A DNA stretch of 62,756 nucleotides from a virus (Duplodnaviria; Caudoviricetes), in the IMG/VR virus record IMGVR_UViG_3300036793_000052, positions 1 through 62,756 of that record, one strand, 5' to 3'. Shown here one piece after another: positions 46,101-55,588 of this stretch; the first letter of the stretch is position 1; each line of letters begins with the position of its first letter. Position numbers and translations under genes: made by a program. A model generated the notes under the pieces. The model saw nothing but the letters and a program-made list of their open reading frames with translations, had not been told where the DNA came from and did not search any database.

Positions 46101-47306
46101 GCCGTGCACAAACGAGCTGATCTGCTTGGCGTGCGCCTGCAGGAAAGCGTCGAACTGTTCAAGCTTGGCGTTGATGGCCTGCAAACCTTTCGGGATGGAA
46201 CCGAAAAACGGTGCAACCAAATCACTCCCGATGGCCTTAAGGTTCTCGCCCATCTTATGTGTCTGTGCGCCAAGGGATTCCGACATACGTTCCGCGCCGT
46301 CGTGGGTGTGCTTGGCCAGCTCATCCATGAAAAGCTGATATGTCACGCCGTGGTGCTTCACGAAATCTTGGAACTGCTCTTGCGTTAGGTTGAGATCCTT
46401 TTTAATCCACGTCGCGATAGGTAATCCCTGCCGGGTGAAGCTCATCATTTCACGCATGGTCGCGGTGCCACGGGTGCGCAGGCGGTCCATCATGCCCGCG
46501 ACGGCTTCGACTGGTGCGCCGGTCAACGCGGCGGCGTTCTGAATCTCCTTGAGATAATTAACCATATCTTGGCCGGGTTTGATGCCCTGCAGGAGAGCGC
46601 CTTTCATCACCCCGGCCATCTCCTCCATGCCGAACTGTGTGCCCTTAACGGACTCCTGCATGTCTTTGAAGACGGCGTTCACCTGTTGGCCGGAGTAGCC
46701 CATCGCTTCAAGCTGTTCCCTGGTGTGCTGCAACGTTTCCAGGCGTTCCATACCACCTTTGAGCACTTCGAACGCGCCCGCGATGGTGGTCACTGCCGCG
46801 CCGAGCGCAAGCATCGGACCGGACACCAAACCCATTATGCCGCCGGACATTGCGGAGGTGGTCTCTTTAGCTTTGGTTTCCATCTTCTCGAAACCAGCAA
46901 CCCCGGCCGTACCGATCGCGCCGACACCAGTTAATGCGGCTTCGACGCCGCCGCTGAGGCCGCGCCCAATCTTGTTGCCGACAGCGGACATTCGATCAGT
47001 GGAGCGCAACAGCCCGTTAGTGAACCGTTGACCCATGATGGCACCGGCTTTGTCGATGTCGCCGCCAGCTTCGTCAAGAATTTTTTGGCTGTAGTTGCGG
47101 AAGGTGCGGGCCGGATGTACTGCGGCACCGAACTTGTCCGAGAACCTCATACCGGCGGCTTCGCCTGCTACACCAGCCTTCTGTTTGGTGTCGGCAAGGT
47201 CTTTGTCGACTTGGGACATGGCGCTGCCGTACTTAACGGACAGCGAAATATAGCCCCGCGCAAGCTCTGCGCCTTCAGCTACGCCATTGCCGCCGGTTGA
47301 GGTCAC
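43116..47306 (-). CDS. tape measure protein with peptidoglycan-hydrolase-like domains
   Basis: ELARGYISL, tape-measure domain (SVKGTQFGMEE), WAEP.TGGEAFIP, IDCSG..GHT, GESGL..GLFQQ. Confidence 0.92.
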   Translation of the reverse strand: MTSTGGNGVAEGAELARGYISLSVKYGSAMSQVDKDLADTKQKAGVAGEAAGMRFSDKFGAAVHPARTFRNYSQKILDEAGGDIDKAGAIMGQRFTNGLLRSTDRMSAVGNKIGRGLSGGVEAALTGVGAIGTAGVAGFEKMETKAKETTSAMSGGIMGLVSGPMLALGAAVTTIAGAFEVLKGGMERLETLQHTREQLEAMGYSGQQVNAVFKDMQESVKGTQFGMEEMAGVMKGALLQGIKPGQDMVNYLKEIQNAAALTGAPVEAVAGMMDRLRTRGTATMREMMSFTRQGLPIATWIKKDLNLTQEQFQDFVKHHGVTYQLFMDELAKHTHDGAERMSESLGAQTHKMGENLKAIGSDLVAPFFGSIPKGLQAINAKLEQFDAFLQAHAKQISSFVHGVFGPIGGLISGVVSGVGSFAKGTVAGVKDSHENMASGMGTAVSSFVNAIKTAGTWLKTHSDQIRSYGEAFGHAIGNVQHAFLNVEHAGSNIMHAFSNVEHAALNVNHAFLNGGHAVRNVVHAFGNIGHAIGNVMHAFGNIGHAFGNIFHALGFDILAGLIGTTLKAAFDLGLTTVTAVWHVLEGLWHAAEGLWHIVTELWHSFTDAISGPLKSVGSAFHDVGDFIQKDVKPALADAGHFLRDLANEGIKVIEFFEHLPQKIIAGIGNLGKDIGDAIKGALSHIHLPHIPGFADGGYNLPQQATIASARPGGLVQWAEPSTGGEAFIPLHPAKRARSLKLWHQTGKLLGVEGHEGMYSDKKWSGVPSHGMKFDDGGFRGAGGLSSAEAILSQLTGGTGGNRAQYQMGGFGPSGIDCSGLVSAVVNAYLGMSPLSSRMNTTNEADWLGKRGFKTGTGPSGSLRVAWYDHGGGGAGHTALTLPNGLNAESTTSNGISGARVGSKAAGADASEFDHHMYLDVSGGKTGSWFAGGGWATPSSGGGGGGLFSGSGGGDSGGGGGGDDGPDSSGIVGDGTDYSSDPANAGDTSGGSSGGVDIGGGSGSGVGAGSSPGISAPSGAPSGGDSKQQAAAAIIAEGKRRGYTDEQIQWVLADSIGESGLSTTAANGDHKGLFQQDASYKNRDTLQGQVSGFYDRLDKTSSDMSIGDRISKTPAQGGVEGGGYGPDWISQHLGDAKTYMAGVGDGLSAGDGGEGMGVGGGRGGHKIRELNDKIADLTTKIKETQDKIDHPTGKKPRTQQQTDVLNDRLAKLNRELGEAKSDLGEAQAGGGGRGGKGGLAGLFGAQGGDDSLKSLADIGTNGIMQSFLPEGFINPFGTTAMHAGSVIFSFLGALMSGKGSNMAGALMSGRGSNMVGAGAGNYAVNSQGQLVPRGEMPSAAGGGGGMGGGGPMIDASQHFEGASFGHSNEAIAPVIQHAKTATLRSTGTIDSSRVYGT

Positions 47307-47309
47307 GGG

Positions 47310-47636
47310 TTACTTCCCTTCGCCGTCTTCCAGCTCGTCTTCGGATTCCTGCCAGGCACGATACATTTTGGTGATGATGCGCTGCGGGATCACATCAAAG
47401 ATCAAGTGCCCCGGCACCTCTGAATCCACCGGCCAATGCTTCGGTTCGATCAAACCCCACTCAAGATATGCCCAAACTTGGCGTTCAACGTTGCCGACGT
47501 TGCGGCGCGAAATTCGGCCGGGCGCGTCGCCGTATCGCCGGAACGTTAAAGTGACTGGCTCAGTGACGGTTTCGCGTCCCTCTTCGCCGTCAATCTCGCG
47601 CTTAACGTCAACCTTGTATTCGAAACTGCTTTCCAT
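47310..47636 (-). CDS. tail assembly chaperone, G-like
   Basis: Position; ends WQ....GEGK; QVWAYLEWGL shared with 47649-48344. Confidence 0.65.
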   Translation of the reverse strand: MESSFEYKVDVKREIDGEEGRETVTEPVTLTFRRYGDAPGRISRRNVGNVERQVWAYLEWGLIEPKHWPVDSEVPGHLIFDVIPQRIITKMYRAWQESEDELEDGEGK

Positions 47637-47648
47637 TTCCTTCTCCTC

Positions 47649-48344
47649 TTAACGGAACACGGCCTCTAGCTGGCGCTGTCGGCTTAGTAAATCTTGATTA
47701 GCGTGTCGCTCATCAAGCTTGTAAATCTCTTTGATTTTACTGATTGGCTGCGGTTTAACCTTACTACCCTTGCGCGCCTCGGCGGGCATGACACCTGGTC
47801 GCGGTCTGCGCTCCGGCGGTGTAGCGCCACGCTCTTGCGCCGCCTTGGTTTTCGCCCACACAAGCCAATCAGTGTTGTCGGCAACATCGGCCATCAACAG
47901 TTCAAGTCGACCCCAACCGGCGCGGTCAGGATTATCTGCGGCCACCACATTGGAGTACACGTCGGCGTAGGTGACGATGATCCACAAGTCGCGCCAATTG
48001 AATTCGGGCGACGGACAGTTGCGGAGACGCAGGCCTGGCGGAATGTGGATGAGGTCAGCTTCAAGCGGGGCGCGATGCTTCTCGATAGTCGCTATTACGG
48101 AACGGATTTCGTTAATCGTTATGTGCGAGTCGGCTTCCCAAAACTCGATCATGTCCCAAATGTGCCGCATCGGCATCGCTTCAATGGCCTGCATCTGGTC
48201 GGCGTCAAGCAGCCCCCACGACAGCAGCGCCCAAACTTGGGACTCTGCGGTACCGGTGACCAGGATCTCTTGCGGCACTTCGGCCAGCGGCCGGAAATCG
48301 AACTCATGCCACTGGCGTTTAACCTTTACGCGGTACGCGAACAC
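47649..48344 (-). CDS. tail assembly chaperone, in-frame GT-like
   Basis: G-like N-terminus then H...LEADL..GLRL..F.WRDL, LMADVAD...L.WAKT..P..PRPGV. Confidence 0.75.
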   Translation of the reverse strand: MFAYRVKVKRQWHEFDFRPLAEVPQEILVTGTAESQVWALLSWGLLDADQMQAIEAMPMRHIWDMIEFWEADSHITINEIRSVIATIEKHRAPLEADLIHIPPGLRLRNCPSPEFNWRDLWIIVTYADVYSNVVAADNPDRAGWGRLELLMADVADNTDWLVWAKTKAAQERGATPPERRPRPGVMPAEARKGSKVKPQPISKIKEIYKLDERHANQDLLSRQRQLEAVFR

Positions 48345-48442
48345 GTTGTCCTACATCACTTTTCGGGTTGAGCCGACCAGGGAGATGAGGCCGGTTCCGT
48401 TCGACAAACACGCTCCCTGGTCGGTCAAATCCATTGTGCCAC

Positions 48443-49033
48443 TTACGAGCTGGCGAACTGGCCGTCGTCGGTGAGTGTGATGATGTTGTCATTACCGGCC
48501 TCGGTTTCGAAGCACTCAATCGTGATCCGGTATTCGATGACGTCGGAGTGAACAACCTTGATGTCCGCAACCGTGGTGATTTGGCCGTCACTGACCCAGT
48601 TACGGTACTTCGCGCCGGTCTCTTCATCAGTGGTATCAATGCACCACGCCTGATGCGGCAGCTTACGGCCATTCTTCAACACACGAACCTGCGCGCCATG
48701 CGAAACGGTTGCCGCCGTGAGAGTGACGTTCGCGGTGCCGAAGATCGCCTTCAACACGAGGCCGTTGAGCGATTCCATCAGCGTGAAGTCCAAGCTCGCG
48801 CTGTACTCGGTCTGGACGACCTTAACAACCTTGCCGCCGAAGCTGCGCTTCAGATCAGTTCTGCGGTCATTCTTTTCAGTGAAGCCATCGGTGCCGGTGT
48901 AGCCGAGGTCAACCATCGCGACGTCTACCGCCGTAACGGCATCGGTAGGCGCAGCTGTGCCCAGCGGGCCGACGAAAGCGACACCGGTTGCCAGCGGTTC
49001 GGCTGCGTAAATGTTTTTGTTGTTGTTAGTCAT
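48443..49033 (-). CDS. major tail protein
   Basis: GPLGT..P..A, LGY...DG, FGG..V..VQ, Y..TIECF. Confidence 0.9.
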   Translation of the reverse strand: MTNNNKNIYAAEPLATGVAFVGPLGTAAPTDAVTAVDVAMVDLGYTGTDGFTEKNDRRTDLKRSFGGKVVKVVQTEYSASLDFTLMESLNGLVLKAIFGTANVTLTAATVSHGAQVRVLKNGRKLPHQAWCIDTTDEETGAKYRNWVSDGQITTVADIKVVHSDVIEYRITIECFETEAGNDNIITLTDDGQFASS

Positions 49034-49070
49034 GTTTGATTACCTCCGAAATGTATTGGAACCGGCCTGA

Positions 49071-49538
49071 TTACGGTGTTACTGACGGGCCATAAGCGGA
49101 GTACCGGGCACGCAACAGAATATCCACTGTCAGTTGCGCGCGCGGCGTCTTCGCCGGGTCAGCGGGTTCGGGGAAGAAGAACACATCACCAATGATCTTC
49201 AACCCTCGGTAGCCGCTGCCCTTCGCCCGCCATCCATCTACCATGTATCCGCGCACCATTTCGGCGAAACGTACTGATAGAGCTTCGGTTTCGGCATAGA
49301 CGTGAATGATGTTGCGCCGCCATCCGAGGATGGTTGCGGCATCACTGTTGTCTGTGTCGCTTGATGTTGTCGCCCCCGTGACCACGATAAGCCTGGTCGG
49401 CCTCGGGTTGGGAACATTCGACTCAATCGGCCAGCCTTGCGGCACTTTGGTTTTCAGCCAATTGATAGTGACATACACGCCAGACTCAAAGTAGCCGGTA
49501 TCCGGCACAGTGAACCCTGTTGTGGGATCAACGCTCAC
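49071..49538 (-). CDS. tail terminator
   Basis: VPNPRP.RLI.V; synteny. Confidence 0.7.
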   Translation of the reverse strand: MSVDPTTGFTVPDTGYFESGVYVTINWLKTKVPQGWPIESNVPNPRPTRLIVVTGATTSSDTDNSDAATILGWRRNIIHVYAETEALSVRFAEMVRGYMVDGWRAKGSGYRGLKIIGDVFFFPEPADPAKTPRAQLTVDILLRARYSAYGPSVTP

Positions 49539-49858
49539 CGGTCCTGGCCTTCCGCTAGGTGGAAGTTCTCGACCATGCGGTTATGGCGGGCGTTGTCGGC
49601 CATCGCGGGTACGGTGGCTGTTATCACGGTGGCGTGGTAATCGTGTTTGCGGAGAGGCTTTGCGCCTTCGGTGCCCACACGGTAGCCGCGCTTTTCGTCG
49701 TCGGTGGTGTCTGGCTGGTGGTCCTCGGATGCCGCTGACTGCTCATTGCAAGCGTCGGCGATGGCGGTTGCGCGGGGCACGAGAACGTTTTTAACGATAC
49801 CCTTGAGCATTTCGTCAAGGTTGCTTTCGTTCCATTCGATCTCGCCGTCGCGTGCCAT
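49535..49858 (-). CDS. neck protein
   Basis: A..IA..CN, V.T....A..DNARHN; synteny. Confidence 0.7.
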   Translation of the reverse strand: MARDGEIEWNESNLDEMLKGIVKNVLVPRATAIADACNEQSAASEDHQPDTTDDEKRGYRVGTEGAKPLRKHDYHATVITATVPAMADNARHNRMVENFHLAEGQDR

Positions 49859-50292
49859 TATCCTTCAACCAACTTAAGTAATGTCACATTGCCCGGTGTC
49901 CAGAATTGCGGCCCGTAGCTTTCGATATCGTGACCCACCACCACAAAGATACCGCTGTTCAACGTGACGCCGTCGGAGGCGTAAAACGTTGTCGGGGCGG
50001 TCATCCCGTTTTCCGGCAGCGGCAACGCAACACGGTCGCGAAGCGCCAACCAGGTGTCTACCGGCGTTAGCAGGAAAGCATCGAAGTCCTCTTCTGCTGC
50101 GGCCTCGGCCAGCTTCTCACTCGTCATCATGTCCCAACCCTGCACCGGGATCATTTGGGCCGCAAGCCATTCCGGCTTATCGTTTCCCAACTCATCCTTG
50201 GCTGTGCTGTCGTACTTGAAGAACGGCAGCGAGTACGGCGCGGGAATGGGTGCCTGCCAAGGTGCTTCCCACGGTGCCAGCGGATTCGTCAT
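49858..50292 (-). CDS. head-to-tail stopper
   Basis: DELGN, F.VVG, GP..W.PG...L..VEG. Confidence 0.75.
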   Translation of the reverse strand: MTNPLAPWEAPWQAPIPAPYSLPFFKYDSTAKDELGNDKPEWLAAQMIPVQGWDMMTSEKLAEAAAEEDFDAFLLTPVDTWLALRDRVALPLPENGMTAPTTFYASDGVTLNSGIFVVVGHDIESYGPQFWTPGNVTLLKLVEG

Positions 50293-50293
50293 G

Positions 50294-51085
50294 TCACCAC
50301 GAGCTATCCGACAGGAAAAAACTAGACGGGGACGTGTCGGTTGTTGCCATGTTCGCGACGATCATCGGCGGTGCCGGATACCGATAGGCTCGCGCTGCGG
50401 CGATATCCTCATCAGTGAACGAAACATTACCGGCCCCAACCCAATCCGAGAACTCTTGCCTGTAATGCCTGGTCATAATCGCTTTCGACTGAGCAACCGC
50501 ACTCATCGGGTCGACTGTGAGGTTGCGCCCCACAATAGCCGATACCGTGTCGATAACATCTTCAGACACGGGTTCATTCGCCGCGTACGTCACCTGACAT
50601 AAGCGGCCGGACAAACGCCACCGCTCCCAGTCGTTCCAGTAAAGCCAGTTTCCGGCGACGGTGAAACGCGGACCTATCGGCTGCAGATCACCTACCGCAA
50701 TGTCGGAACCGCCTGGCATTTCAATGAATTCGCTGTCCTGCCACTCATCGTCCGCAACCCATAGGCCGGGGAACGTGTCAGACGGGGTTTCGCACCATGG
50801 TGCCTGCTCCACACCCTGCACAGCGACACGGATTATGGCGTAAGGCTTTTCGGGTAACCGAGCTGCCCCTCCTTGTATCCGTACGGTGTGCGTGTAGGTG
50901 CCGGGCGTGAAGATCCGCTGAGCTTCGAAGCGAAACCTGCGCGACACCCGGCGCAGGGTCCGATCCATACGTACAGTCATGGTTGTTGGAAGCTTCGAAA
51001 CATCGTTAACGCCAAGGGCTGTCGCCACATCAGTGTTAACGGCCAGCGGCGCAAGCTCTGTGAGCTGCGTGTCAGGCTGAGTCAT
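50294..51085 (-). CDS. head-to-tail adaptor
   Basis: LA...DV..ALG..S.RFR..A...FTPG; follows capsid. Confidence 0.75.
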   Translation of the reverse strand: MTQPDTQLTELAPLAVNTDVATALGVNDVSKLPTTMTVRMDRTLRRVSRRFRFEAQRIFTPGTYTHTVRIQGGAARLPEKPYAIIRVAVQGVEQAPWCETPSDTFPGLWVADDEWQDSEFIEMPGGSDIAVGDLQPIGPRFTVAGNWLYWNDWERWRLSGRLCQVTYAANEPVSEDVIDTVSAIVGRNLTVDPMSAVAQSKAIMTRHYRQEFSDWVGAGNVSFTDEDIAAARAYRYPAPPMIVANMATTDTSPSSFFLSDSSW

Positions 51086-51093
51086 GGTTTGGG

Positions 51094-51915
51094 TTACGCG
51101 CCGTTCGGGTTGTAAACCACAACACCCTGTGGGCGAACGACCTTGCCGCCGTAGACGTGCAAGGCGCGCACGCGGTCGGCGAACTTGTCCTGGCTGCGCA
51201 GGGCTTCCACCTGGTCGATTTGGGACACGAACGCGGCGGCGCGCATGTTCCATGCGACGAACTGCGGGGTGTTCACTGCCGGAAGGTGATTGGTGGTCAC
51301 GATACGGAAACCCAACAGCTGCCCAACGGTCGCGTTACGCAGACCGGCGGTGTCGTTCACCTCGTAGAAGGTGGTCAGCTTCGAATTTGCGCCCAGCAGA
51401 AGGGCTTCAAACTCGGCGTTGACCGCGATCACGCGGTTATCGTTGGGCACGTTCGCCTTGTTCAGCGCCTTACGCGCATCGCGGAACAAGTCAAACGCTG
51501 TGTCACCATCGGTGGGTAGCGTTCCGGCCAGTGTGGTACCTTCCGACACAAGCATGTTCGCGATGAACTGGTCGGTGTCGGCCACCATCGCGTATGCCGC
51601 CGCGTCGGTGAACGGGGTCAAAGAGCCCGCCGCCTGCGCCCGGTCGATGTCATCGACGTAAAAGTCTGTTGACTTCTCCTGGTCAATGAGCAGATCAATC
51701 CCGGTGTCCGAGATTGCGTCCGCGCTCGTGACTCGCCCTGCGGCCTTGTAGTCGTGAACCTGCGGGATCACAACGCCGGTGATATGAACGGTGTTACCGC
51801 GTGTCGCGATACCCTCATACTCCCGGTTGACGAGCGATGGGAACACGTTTTGCGCGACCCAAAGCTCCATCATGGCTGCGCTCCACAGCTCTGGAATGAA
51901 ATTGGTTATTGACAT
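51094..51915 (-). CDS. major capsid protein
   Basis: NFIPELWSA, NREYEG..GNTV.I, VDDID..Q, FADRVRALHVYG.KV.RP. Confidence 0.92.
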   Translation of the reverse strand: MSITNFIPELWSAAMMELWVAQNVFPSLVNREYEGIATRGNTVHITGVVIPQVHDYKAAGRVTSADAISDTGIDLLIDQEKSTDFYVDDIDRAQAAGSLTPFTDAAAYAMVADTDQFIANMLVSEGTTLAGTLPTDGDTAFDLFRDARKALNKANVPNDNRVIAVNAEFEALLLGANSKLTTFYEVNDTAGLRNATVGQLLGFRIVTTNHLPAVNTPQFVAWNMRAAAFVSQIDQVEALRSQDKFADRVRALHVYGGKVVRPQGVVVYNPNGA

Positions 51916-51933
51916 CGAAATGCCCTCCTATGC

Positions 51934-52650
51934 TTACTGTTTGCCGAGCAATTTGTCGCAGCGTCCCTCGCGGAAAGCTTTCATGCGCTCGGGTGGACTT
52001 AACTTCGCCAGCTCATCTCGTGATTCAATCTGCGCTGGCCCACCATCATTGGGGCCTGCTGGACTATTCACGACCGAAGCTGGTACTGCTGCAGGAACAT
52101 TGGCCTGCTGGAGCAATCCATTGACCCAAGCCAACGCATCCTGCGCGCTCGCCTGCATCTCTTCAACCGTCTTACCTTGGATTTGGCCGACAGGCACATT
52201 GGTTGTGTGCGCGATCTGCTCGCGTGCACGCTCAGTGCGCTCGTCTTCCACGTCCTGACGCAGCTTCTCGATTTCGGCCTTGGGGTCGAATTCGGTTTTC
52301 TGCTCAGGCGTCACACCTAGCCCCTTCAGCATCTCCCGGTAAGCGCGGGCATCAGCCTCATTCTGCCGGGCGATCTGCTGCACAGCCTTAAACCGTTCCA
52401 TCTCGACCGTTTCAGCCGGGGTTGGCGGATTCTGTTGCTGCGGCGGGGTTTCCGGCGGCTTCGGCGGCGTCGGCTGCTGTTGCGGCGGCGTCGGCTGCTG
52501 AGGTGTGGCGTCCACGATCCCGTTCTGCGGAGAACGCGAATCTGGGTCGACCACTGCCGGGGTGGTGTTCTGGCGTGCACCCGGTAGCTCTGCCGCATTA
52601 GGTGCGACGGTGAGCGGGGTGCTGGCCGGTGGGTTAGCGGGTTGGGTCAT
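51934..52650 (-). CDS. scaffolding protein
   Basis: Pro/Gln-rich then coiled coil, G.T.EE...SA; precedes capsid. Confidence 0.8.
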   Translation of the reverse strand: MTQPANPPASTPLTVAPNAAELPGARQNTTPAVVDPDSRSPQNGIVDATPQQPTPPQQQPTPPKPPETPPQQQNPPTPAETVEMERFKAVQQIARQNEADARAYREMLKGLGVTPEQKTEFDPKAEIEKLRQDVEDERTERAREQIAHTTNVPVGQIQGKTVEEMQASAQDALAWVNGLLQQANVPAAVPASVVNSPAGPNDGGPAQIESRDELAKLSPPERMKAFREGRCDKLLGKQ

Positions 52651-52725
52651 TTCTTGCTCCTTGTTAGCATTTCGCTTGCTTGCGCACCCTTACGGTACAC
52701 AAATCCTGCTGTGTTGCAGGAAGTT

Positions 52726-53739
52726 TCAACTCGCACGTTGTGCGATACGCGCATTTATAGCATCCAAATGCGCTCTGGCGCGGGCATATACAGACGCCGG
52801 AACACCGGGTCCGCGCCGCTCACCGCCTGACGCTGACGCGATAACGTCGGGTGGATTCGGCAAGTCAGCCGGTCCGGTGAAATTCTGGTGAGCCCAAGTC
52901 AACACCGGGCCAATCTCGCCATGCTCACGAATCGCCAAATAATCTTTTAGCTCGTCGGGGTCCACGCCTTGACGGCGTACCGCATCAAGCTCGGCTTGCT
53001 GCTCATCGTCCGTTGACCATTTGTCCTTACTGGCGACGAGCTGTTGCGCCTCTTTGGTTTCCGGCTTCTGTGGCTTAGGTATATTGTCGATAATCTCTTG
53101 CGCCTGCTCTGGGCTCATTGGCTCAATAGATTCGTCGTCGGGTTCAACGTCGCACTGGCAGCCGGGGTTGCCTTGATGTATCGGCATCAAATCATCGGTG
53201 TAGTAGATTTGGGTTGCTGCGATTTGGCATAGCTCGCAAGGATTTTCGCTGGTCGTCACCCGGCGGTATGTTTTGCGTCCACCAGCCCTCAAAGTGATGC
53301 GCGCCTGACGCACCTTGGCCATCTGTAAATCTGTTGCAGTCAGGTTCGTTAAACGCTGCTGCCCCAACGCAATTGCCTGTTCCTGGCTCTTGCCCGTACG
53401 CACTGCTTGTAGCGCGGTGAAGAATGGGCGCGAGTACTCGGTTGTCTTATCGACACCAGGACGCTCAAAGACTTGCGGCGAAACTGTTGGGGTGGAAGCT
53501 AATCCAAGCTGTTTGGAAAGTTTGTCGTTGAAGTGGGTTACGAGTAGCTGTTGCGCGCTGTGCACCACTTGGCCGATCAGACCGGCCCGAATCGGAATCA
53601 CATTGGTGTCTTCGAAGAATGAAGTGTCGTGATAGATCCGCTGCGTCATATCATCCACGCGCCCGTGTAGCACCTTTTGAATATTGCGGCGTGCCTGAGC
53701 AATTCGGTGATCGGCTTCGGTCCACGCCGGGGCAGTCAC
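52726..53739 (-). CDS. MuF-like / capsid maturation protein
   Basis: Y.RPF, TDLQ, YRRV....C.LC.IA.TQ.Y...LMPIH..C.C, HGEIGP. Confidence 0.8.
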   Translation of the reverse strand: MTAPAWTEADHRIAQARRNIQKVLHGRVDDMTQRIYHDTSFFEDTNVIPIRAGLIGQVVHSAQQLLVTHFNDKLSKQLGLASTPTVSPQVFERPGVDKTTEYSRPFFTALQAVRTGKSQEQAIALGQQRLTNLTATDLQMAKVRQARITLRAGGRKTYRRVTTSENPCELCQIAATQIYYTDDLMPIHQGNPGCQCDVEPDDESIEPMSPEQAQEIIDNIPKPQKPETKEAQQLVASKDKWSTDDEQQAELDAVRRQGVDPDELKDYLAIREHGEIGPVLTWAHQNFTGPADLPNPPDVIASASGGERRGPGVPASVYARARAHLDAINARIAQRAS

Positions 53740-53906
53740 GCCGCCACCTCATGGGCTAGCCGGAGACCAAGCTTAGCAACGTATCCACGATGTATAACGC
53801 AGGCGATGCGATAGAAAACCATGTACGGCCTACTCAAGTTGTCCAGCCACCAGAACGTGACACAACCACACTCGTGTTCCTTGTCCGGCGTGCAGGGCCG
53901 GATCAT
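53736..53906 (-). CDS. small hypothetical protein (56 aa, not in track)
   Basis: ATGA and GTGA overlaps with portal and next gene. Confidence 0.55.
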   Translation of the reverse strand: MIRPCTPDKEHECGCVTFWWLDNLSRPYMVFYRIACVIHRGYVAKLGLRLAHEVAA

Positions 53907-55540
53907 CGCCCAGCCCTCGCGGGGGCTCTACCGTTGCCGCCGGGTTGCGCACCGCCTGGAGGATTAGGCGAAGGTTGGCGCGGCCCACCGGGTGTGCGTT
54001 GCGGTGGCTGCGGCTGCGGTTGCTGCCCGTTCGGTGCGGGTTGACCGTTGGGGCCACCCATTGGTGCGGTGCCCGGCGCTTGCCCTTCCAGCCGCTCAGT
54101 GACTTGCGTGGGCTGCGGTGCAATCGTCTGCGATAGCAGGGCTTCCGCAATGCGGTCTAGCTTGTCCTGTTCGATTTGTTCGGGGCTGTAGCCCAGCACG
54201 TTGCGGCAGATACTCGACCAGCTTTCACCGGCGTTGTGCGCGGCAAGTGCGGCGGTGTACTTTTCGGCGAAAGTGACCCGGTCGACTTCTTCGAAGTTGA
54301 CTTCAACGAATTCGTCGTCATCGAAAACCTCACCGGCCACCTGGCATGCCATCGTCATTCCGGCTTCGATACCGAACTTGGCTTCACTCAGGCGGTCTGC
54401 GCAGCGGAAGATGTGACCGGCCTCGGTGGCTTGCGCGCCTTCGGCGCTGATGTTCGCGTTGTCGGGCATCAACATTGGCAGCGGTGTGCGCGTGACCGCG
54501 GAAAGCTGCCTGATGCTTTCCTTACTGCCGAGCAGTAGTCCGGTGATGTCGGCGGGCTGTGTTTCCTTGAGTGTCAAGTCTTTCGGCAGGTTCCACAGCG
54601 CGCCCGGCGCGGGTGCAAAAACCTTGGTGTAATCGACTGCTTGGCCGTGCTCGTCGCGCTCGGGCAGCATTCCGCCTTCGATGATGCGCTGGCGGAACGC
54701 TTGCATCGCCGTAATCACCAGGCGTTCAAGGGTTTCCAGGTTGATTCGGTTTATCAGGTCAAGGTGGGTTTCGAAGTCGCCGTGCCCACCGGGATTGTTG
54801 TAGACCACGACCGGTATTGGCGCGCTTGTGGTTTCGCTTGTGAAGTTGTTTACCGTCATGGCCACCCACGCGCCCTCGGCGAGGTTGACCAGCCACTTGC
54901 TCTCAATAACTTTGGTTTCGACCCGCACATACGACGCGCGCCGGAACAGCGTCGGCGTATTGCCCTGGCTCCACACCATCGCGTAGTCGTGACCGTTCTG
55001 GATGTCACGCCAAACCTTAAGCGCCGCAGTTGGTTTCCAATGCTGCAACGGATCGGTGATGACGCACATTGTCTCGGGTGAGTCGGCGGTGATGACGGGC
55101 GTTTCTCCGGTCGCCGCATTGCCCGGCTTCCAAACAGTCAGATAACTCTGGCCGTAGATCAACCCGAAGCGAAGCCACGAGTTGAAGACGCTTTTCATCC
55201 GGTTGTCACGCCAAATCTTTTGCGCCACCTTAGCTTTCGGGCTTTTGATGTCTCCACCAATCGAAATACCGTTAGGTACGCACCGGTCCACGACGCTGTC
55301 GCAGATCAGTTCGCCCCAGTTCGTTCTGGCCCGGCGCTGGAACGCTGCCCATGACTCCCGCGTGTCAGCGGTCATTTCGGGTAGCGGCGAGTTACCGTCC
55401 ACGTAGCTTTTCAGCATGAGGACGGTCAGCCTTCGCAAATCCATGCGCCGGGTCAGGACGTCTAGGTAATCCCTCGGCGTCGAAGGACTAGTAGGGGCAT
55501 CGCCATTGGACGCGCCAGCAGGTCCGGCTGGTTGAGTCAT
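53903..55540 (-). CDS. portal protein (SPP1 gp6-like)
   Basis: ARTNW..LI.D...DR, IWRDN, PVV.Y.N, MQAFRQR, PGALW. Confidence 0.92.
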   Translation of the reverse strand: MTQPAGPAGASNGDAPTSPSTPRDYLDVLTRRMDLRRLTVLMLKSYVDGNSPLPEMTADTRESWAAFQRRARTNWGELICDSVVDRCVPNGISIGGDIKSPKAKVAQKIWRDNRMKSVFNSWLRFGLIYGQSYLTVWKPGNAATGETPVITADSPETMCVITDPLQHWKPTAALKVWRDIQNGHDYAMVWSQGNTPTLFRRASYVRVETKVIESKWLVNLAEGAWVAMTVNNFTSETTSAPIPVVVYNNPGGHGDFETHLDLINRINLETLERLVITAMQAFRQRIIEGGMLPERDEHGQAVDYTKVFAPAPGALWNLPKDLTLKETQPADITGLLLGSKESIRQLSAVTRTPLPMLMPDNANISAEGAQATEAGHIFRCADRLSEAKFGIEAGMTMACQVAGEVFDDDEFVEVNFEEVDRVTFAEKYTAALAAHNAGESWSSICRNVLGYSPEQIEQDKLDRIAEALLSQTIAPQPTQVTERLEGQAPGTAPMGGPNGQPAPNGQQPQPQPPQRTPGGPRQPSPNPPGGAQPGGNGRAPARAGR

Positions 55541-55588
55541 ATTGTGCCCCTTAAGGTCTCATTGACGCTACGTGAAGTTAATGAGACC

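Noticed and set aside
48373-48424. Hairpin after major tail gene as a novel RNA
   Set aside because: Such hairpins are usual here and there is no further structure
52460-52505. 21-bp duplication in scaffold gene
   Set aside because: Low-complexity QPTPP coding repeat
50294-55540. Portal, scaffold and adaptor all begin MTQP
   Set aside because: Common actinobacterial N-terminus; no evidence of a signal
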